A DNA stretch of 64,000 nucleotides from a virus (lineage: Duplodnaviria; Caudoviricetes), in the IMG/VR virus record IMGVR_UViG_3300028048_000039, positions 280,581-344,580 of that record, one strand, 5' to 3'. The position numbers were made by a program, and so were the translations under genes. The notes beneath the pieces are model-generated. The model was given only the letters and a program-made list of their open reading frames with translations. It searched no databases and was not told the origin of the DNA. Shown here piece after piece: positions 59,756 through 64,000 of this stretch; position 1 is the first letter of the stretch; every line of letters begins with the position of its first letter.

Positions 59756-60514
59756 ATGGAAGAAATTAGAAAGAAGTCCAATGAACCTAGGGACTATAAA
59801 GAGAGGTTTGAGTTCGTATTAACAACTGGAGGCAATATCATTTGCCAGCGTTATTTTAGAATTAACAATTTTAACGAGAAGTCACTTCGTTCTTATGAGT
59901 TAACCAGCGCAATCAGGGAGTGTGTGGCTACCATTGACAAGGACCTGAGGGAGAAGACGCAGGTTTACCTTGAGTTGTATGCTCCAAGAATTTTTAGCTC
60001 TGTTGAGGAGATGAATAAGTTTATCTCAAAACCAGAGAATACTAAGGATTTCCACATCGGTGAGGGCATCGTTGTAAGAGGCGAAAAGGAAAGCGATTAT
60101 GCGTGGGTTGGTAATGGTCAAGTAATGGCACTTGGCTATAAGTTTGACAATGGTGAGTTGTCAGAGAATAGTCCTGAGTCTAATAAGACCACTTATAAGT
60201 TTGCCTTTAAAATGGACGGAAGAGAGGTTTGCTCAATGGAGTGGGATGGTTACTACCCTAAGTTTATTAGGGATAAGATTGACCTTGCTAACAAGTGGGG
60301 TAAGTTTAAGGATGAGGATGCTGACCGTCTTTCAATGGAGCAGTATCTCATGTATAAGATAGCGCAGGGTAGAAAGGACCTTGTCTATGGACTTATTAAG
60401 ACCATTTGTTTCGCTTGTAGTGACTTTAATAATGAAAACTACACTACTGATGTGGATGGAATCATTGAGAAGTGGAATAAGGATTCACAGGCGTTGAATT
60501 GGAGGGTTTTGTAA
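59756..60514 (+). CDS. Hypothetical protein co-transcribed with the helicase
   Basis: NIICQRYFRI, YPKFIR..IDL. Confidence 0.75.
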   Translation: MEEIRKKSNEPRDYKERFEFVLTTGGNIICQRYFRINNFNEKSLRSYELTSAIRECVATIDKDLREKTQVYLELYAPRIFSSVEEMNKFISKPENTKDFHIGEGIVVRGEKESDYAWVGNGQVMALGYKFDNGELSENSPESNKTTYKFAFKMDGREVCSMEWDGYYPKFIRDKIDLANKWGKFKDEDADRLSMEQYLMYKIAQGRKDLVYGLIKTICFACSDFNNENYTTDVDGIIEKWNKDSQALNWRVL

Positions 60515-60531
60515 AAAAATATTTTTAAGAA

Positions 60532-62055
60532 ATGGCAAGTGAACAGATAAAGAAAAATGATTTTGGGTATCTAGGAACTGATTATCAGTTCAAACTATCA
60601 AAGATATTCCTCGAAGAGCCAAAATTCTTTGAGGACTTATCTTCTATAGTTAATCAGAATGCGTTTACTGAGCCACACTTGCGTTTTATTGTTGGTATAA
60701 TAAAGGACTATTATACATCAAAGGGCGTTATTCCGACATATGAGATGCTTAACATACTTCTTAAGGATAAACTTAGGACAACATCTGATGTGGAGGAATA
60801 TGATGCAGTTATTAAGAAGATTAGGTTTGAAACATCATACGATGGTTGTGATGAAATTAAGGAAATGGCATTAAGATTTTTCAGGCAACAAAATCTTATT
60901 AAGGTTGCAAATAAAATCATTGAAATTGCTAATAGTGGTGATGAAAATAGTTATCAGCAATGCCAGAAACTTATGGAAGAAGCAGCTATGGTTGGTCAGG
61001 AAGATGATTTTGGTTTCAATATCTATGATATCGAAGATAAGGCATTGGCAAATGATTATACAGTTTCCATACCAACAGGTATTGACCAGCTTGATAAAGT
61101 TCTTGGTGGTGGGCTTGATAAGGGAAAGATAGGTTTGTTGATTGCTGCTGCAGGATTTGGTAAAACAACATTTACAACAGCAATTGATGCCTATGCAGCC
61201 ACTTATAAGTGCGATATGAATAACCATAATGGTTTCAAAGTTCTCCAAATTTACTTTGAGGATGATGATGTTGATATTACGAGGAAGCATTATTCAAGAA
61301 TTACGAAGAGAGAAGCGAGGGATATGAAGCGTCTTGACCCAATTGATAGGGAAGAAATTGAGACGATACTTAATAATTTCCAGGATAAGGAGCTTCTTAA
61401 AGAAAATCTTCGACTCAAGCATTTCAAGACAGGAACAAAGAGCGCAAGCGATATAGAACTCTTTGTAAAACGTCTTATTAACACCGGGTTTAAACCAGAC
61501 CTTATCTCAATTGATTATTTTGAATGCCTTGCACCTGAAAAGGGTGGTTATGCAAGCGATACTGAGTGGACAAGAGAGGGTGTGACTATGAGAAAGCTTG
61601 AAAATATGGCTCACGACCTTGATTGTGCGATATGGGTGCCTACTCAGGGAACCAAGGACAGTATGAATAGCCCAGAGGTTGTTCGTATGGACCAGGCTAG
61701 TGGTTCAGCAAAGAAGGTACATGTTGCTCAGTTGATTTTATCAATTGCGAGGGCAATAACCGACATTGATAATAATAAAGCAGTTATTTCAATTCTTAAA
61801 AATCGTTCAGGTAAGTCTGGTAGGGTGTTTAATAATGTTCTCTTTGATAATGGAACCAGTACCATATCTTGCTCAGAGGTAATGGAATATGCTGATGCTA
61901 GTAAGGAATGGGCTGATGAACAGGAAGCAGAGAAATATGAAAAAACTAAAAAACAACAAAGAGACCTGAGGGAGAGGTTTAATAAGAGCCGAGAAGGGGT
62001 AAATGAGACACAAGGGTCTGGTAATAACTTTGTTGGATACATTAACCAAAAATAG
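60532..62055 (+). CDS. Replicative DnaB-like helicase (gp41-like)
   Basis: IPTGI..LD..LGGG, AAAGFGKT, IDYFECL, W..TQ, LKNR.G. Confidence 0.92.
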   Translation: MASEQIKKNDFGYLGTDYQFKLSKIFLEEPKFFEDLSSIVNQNAFTEPHLRFIVGIIKDYYTSKGVIPTYEMLNILLKDKLRTTSDVEEYDAVIKKIRFETSYDGCDEIKEMALRFFRQQNLIKVANKIIEIANSGDENSYQQCQKLMEEAAMVGQEDDFGFNIYDIEDKALANDYTVSIPTGIDQLDKVLGGGLDKGKIGLLIAAAGFGKTTFTTAIDAYAATYKCDMNNHNGFKVLQIYFEDDDVDITRKHYSRITKREARDMKRLDPIDREEIETILNNFQDKELLKENLRLKHFKTGTKSASDIELFVKRLINTGFKPDLISIDYFECLAPEKGGYASDTEWTREGVTMRKLENMAHDLDCAIWVPTQGTKDSMNSPEVVRMDQASGSAKKVHVAQLILSIARAITDIDNNKAVISILKNRSGKSGRVFNNVLFDNGTSTISCSEVMEYADASKEWADEQEAEKYEKTKKQQRDLRERFNKSREGVNETQGSGNNFVGYINQK

Positions 62056-62066
62056 AGAAAAAAAAT

Positions 62067-62097
62067 TGCCCATTTTTAAAAAGAAATGGGCATTTTT
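62067..62097 (+). terminator. Intrinsic terminator
   Basis: TGCCCATTT...AAATGGGCA plus T tract. Confidence 0.7.
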
Positions 62098-62127
62098 CCC
62101 TATTTATTAAGAAAAATAAATTGGAAT

Positions 62128-64000
62128 ATGAATGTTAGAAAAAGTGATAATTCTCTAGAAGAATTTGATAGGCAAAAAGTTAAGGATGGAATATGCAAAG
62201 CATACGAAGCAACCGGGGAACAATGTGTGGATTTAATCCTCGAAAGTATTGTAAATAATCTGTTTCTCTATGATAATATCAAGAGTTCTGAAATCAGAAG
62301 ACAGGTAGAGGATGCTCTTATGAGCATAAATAAGAAGGTAGCAAAGGAATATTCACAGAAATATGCTGATAAACTGCCTCGTATTAAGAAGCAGGACTTC
62401 ATTAAGGCGTATATTGAGGCTTCAAATGCTGCTTCTGGCTCAAAATTCGACTCAAATGCCAATGTAAGTAGCAAAAATATCGTCACATTGGGTCAGGAAC
62501 TTTATAAGGAAGATAATATTAAGCAGAATAGATACATTCTCTGTGATAAAATTAGAAAAATCTACTCAAAAAAGCTGTCTGAGCAGTATCTTAACGACTT
62601 GGAGTCACATGTTCTTTATAAACACGATGAATCAGGTACTCCTGGCTATCCTTATTGCGTTGCCATCACTATGTATCCGTTTCTTGTTGACGGTTTAAAG
62701 AAACTTGGCGGAGAATCAATCGCACCAACAGACCTCAAGTCTTATTGCGGTGAGTTCATTAACCTTGTTTATTCAATCAGTTCGCAGTTTATGGGTGCTG
62801 TCGCCACTCCTGAATTCCTTATGTATATGGATTATTTCATTAGAAAGGACTATGGAGACGATTATATCAACAGAATTGACGAAGTGGTTGACCTTAGCGT
62901 CAAGAAGCGCACAATCGGTGCTGTAATTGATAACTGCTTCCAACAGGTAGTCCATTCAATGAATATGCCTGCAGGAAACCGTGGCTATCAGACGGTATTT
63001 TGGAATGTAGGTTACTTTGACAAGCCATACTTTGAGGGCGTGTTCGGCGATTTTGTATTTCCTGATGGCACAAAGCCTGTTTGGGAGACATTATCTTGGC
63101 TTCAGAAGAGATTTATGAAGTGGTTTAACCATGAGAGAACTAAGTATACCTTTACTTTCCCTGTTGAAACAATGGCTCTTCTTACTGATGGCAAGGATGA
63201 CTTCATTGATAAGGAATATGCTGACTTTACTGCAGAAATGTGGGCTGAAGGGCATAGTTTCTTCTGTTATCTTTCCGATAGCCCTGACAGTCTCTCATCT
63301 TGCTGCCGTCTAAGAAATTCATTGAAGGATAATGTTGATGATGAGCATAACTTCACTACTCACCAGTATTCAATGGGTACTGCATCTGTCGCTACTGGTT
63401 CCAAGTCAGTTATGACAATGAATCTTCCAAGATTGATACAAAATGCAACAAACAAGTATTTCAATGCACATAATATTTCATTGGAGAAGGGAAAGAGCAT
63501 TCCTGAGCAGGGAGTGAAGTATGATAAGACTGAACTTTATGAGTACATCAGAAATGAAGTTCGTGACTTGACCGAGAGAGTGCATAAATATCAGACTGCA
63601 TTTAACGAGACAATCAAGGACTTCCTTAATGCAAATATGCTTGATGTCTATCGTGCAGGATTCATTGATATGAGGAAGCAGTATCTTACCGTAGGTGTTA
63701 ATGGTATCACTGACGCAGCAGAGTTCTTAGGAATAAAGGTTGCGCCAAATGACGAGTACAAGGATTTTGTAAATAATATTCTTGAAACTATTAATATTGC
63801 AAATAGAAAGGATAAGACAAGGGAGTGTATGTTTAACTGTGAATTTGTACCTGCCGAGAATCTTGCGGCAAAGAATTATAAGTGGGACAAGAAAGACGGT
63901 TATTGGGTAAGTCCTAATAGAAATCTTTATAGTTCTTACTTCTATAATCCTGAAGATGCAGAAATTTCCGTACTTGACAAGTTCAAACTACATGGAAATC
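62128..64000 (+). CDS. nrdD: Anaerobic (class III) ribonucleotide reductase with ATP cone, truncated by the window edge
   Basis: Not in the ORF track (no stop in window): MNVRKSD..EEFDRQK ATP cone; YKHDE, PYCVAI, SQFMGAVA, TFPVET, SSCCRL, GSKSV.T.N, YLTVGVNG, EFVPAE. Confidence 0.93.
   Translation, partial: MNVRKSDNSLEEFDRQKVKDGICKAYEATGEQCVDLILESIVNNLFLYDNIKSSEIRRQVEDALMSINKKVAKEYSQKYADKLPRIKKQDFIKAYIEASNAASGSKFDSNANVSSKNIVTLGQELYKEDNIKQNRYILCDKIRKIYSKKLSEQYLNDLESHVLYKHDESGTPGYPYCVAITMYPFLVDGLKKLGGESIAPTDLKSYCGEFINLVYSISSQFMGAVATPEFLMYMDYFIRKDYGDDYINRIDEVVDLSVKKRTIGAVIDNCFQQVVHSMNMPAGNRGYQTVFWNVGYFDKPYFEGVFGDFVFPDGTKPVWETLSWLQKRFMKWFNHERTKYTFTFPVETMALLTDGKDDFIDKEYADFTAEMWAEGHSFFCYLSDSPDSLSSCCRLRNSLKDNVDDEHNFTTHQYSMGTASVATGSKSVMTMNLPRLIQNATNKYFNAHNISLEKGKSIPEQGVKYDKTELYEYIRNEVRDLTERVHKYQTAFNETIKDFLNANMLDVYRAGFIDMRKQYLTVGVNGITDAAEFLGIKVAPNDEYKDFVNNILETINIANRKDKTRECMFNCEFVPAENLAAKNYKWDKKDGYWVSPNRNLYSSYFYNPEDAEISVLDKFKLHGN

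Larger units (their letters stand above)
367..62107. promoter_or_regulatory. Recurrent CTATTTAT motif (putative phage late promoter), 15 intergenic copies
   Basis: Sense-oriented, 14-43 nt before start codons: 367(-), 5518, 6026, 7225, 10688, 23341, 25043, 28012, 30114, 33781(-), 34372(-), 35547(-), 38444, 53368, 62100. Confidence 0.8.

Noticed and set aside
1650-63313. Short antisense or out-of-frame ORFs in the track (e.g. 27266-27781, 53775-54293, 12493-12960, 62705-62926)
   Set aside because: They are shadows of well-supported genes, with no motifs or expression signals.
1-64000. Stop-codon reassignment (Lak/crAss-like TAG or TGA recoding)
   Set aside because: Long genes are intact in code 11. 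TAG ends genes right before terminators (sheath, recA, helicase) and TGA is used in overlapping stops.

Overview
64 kb of a large AT-rich lytic myophage (jumbo-phage-like, T4-type gene repertoire, standard code 11). The host is probably an anaerobic Bacteroidota (Prevotella/Bacteroides-like), inferred from TTTG-N~20-TAnnTTT(G/A) promoters, no obvious Shine-Dalgarno sites and a class III RNR. The left arm (1-23 kb, mostly minus strand) encodes a sigma-like factor, three glycosyltransferases, HAD and degenerate HD proteins, a family B DNA polymerase, a methyltransferase, a zinc-ribbon endonuclease and an SNF2 helicase with a Met-start class 3 LAGLIDADG intein. Plus-strand late genes are interleaved in this arm. 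An A/T-only tract plus an alternating purine-pyrimidine palindrome at the strand switch (~23.25 kb) is an origin candidate. The middle carries neck, sheath, fibre, tube, chaperone, tape-measure, baseplate and peptidoglycan-hydrolase genes. The right end carries SSB, TK, a Tpt1-like ART-fold gene, RecA/UvsX, a 5'-3' exonuclease, a DnaB-like helicase and NrdD. Main leads: (1) unrelated cargo proteins share an N-terminal (I/L)xE..L..I(V/I).E leader and lie behind a CTATTTAT motif, suggesting a head-packaging/injection system; (2) a switch-like structured RNA leader precedes the sigma gene; (3) a 16-bp element is shared by polB and the helicase operon; (4) a probable +1 frameshift in the tail chaperone; (5) GATC appears to be avoided. 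All protein assignments come from motifs recognised by eye; no searches were run.
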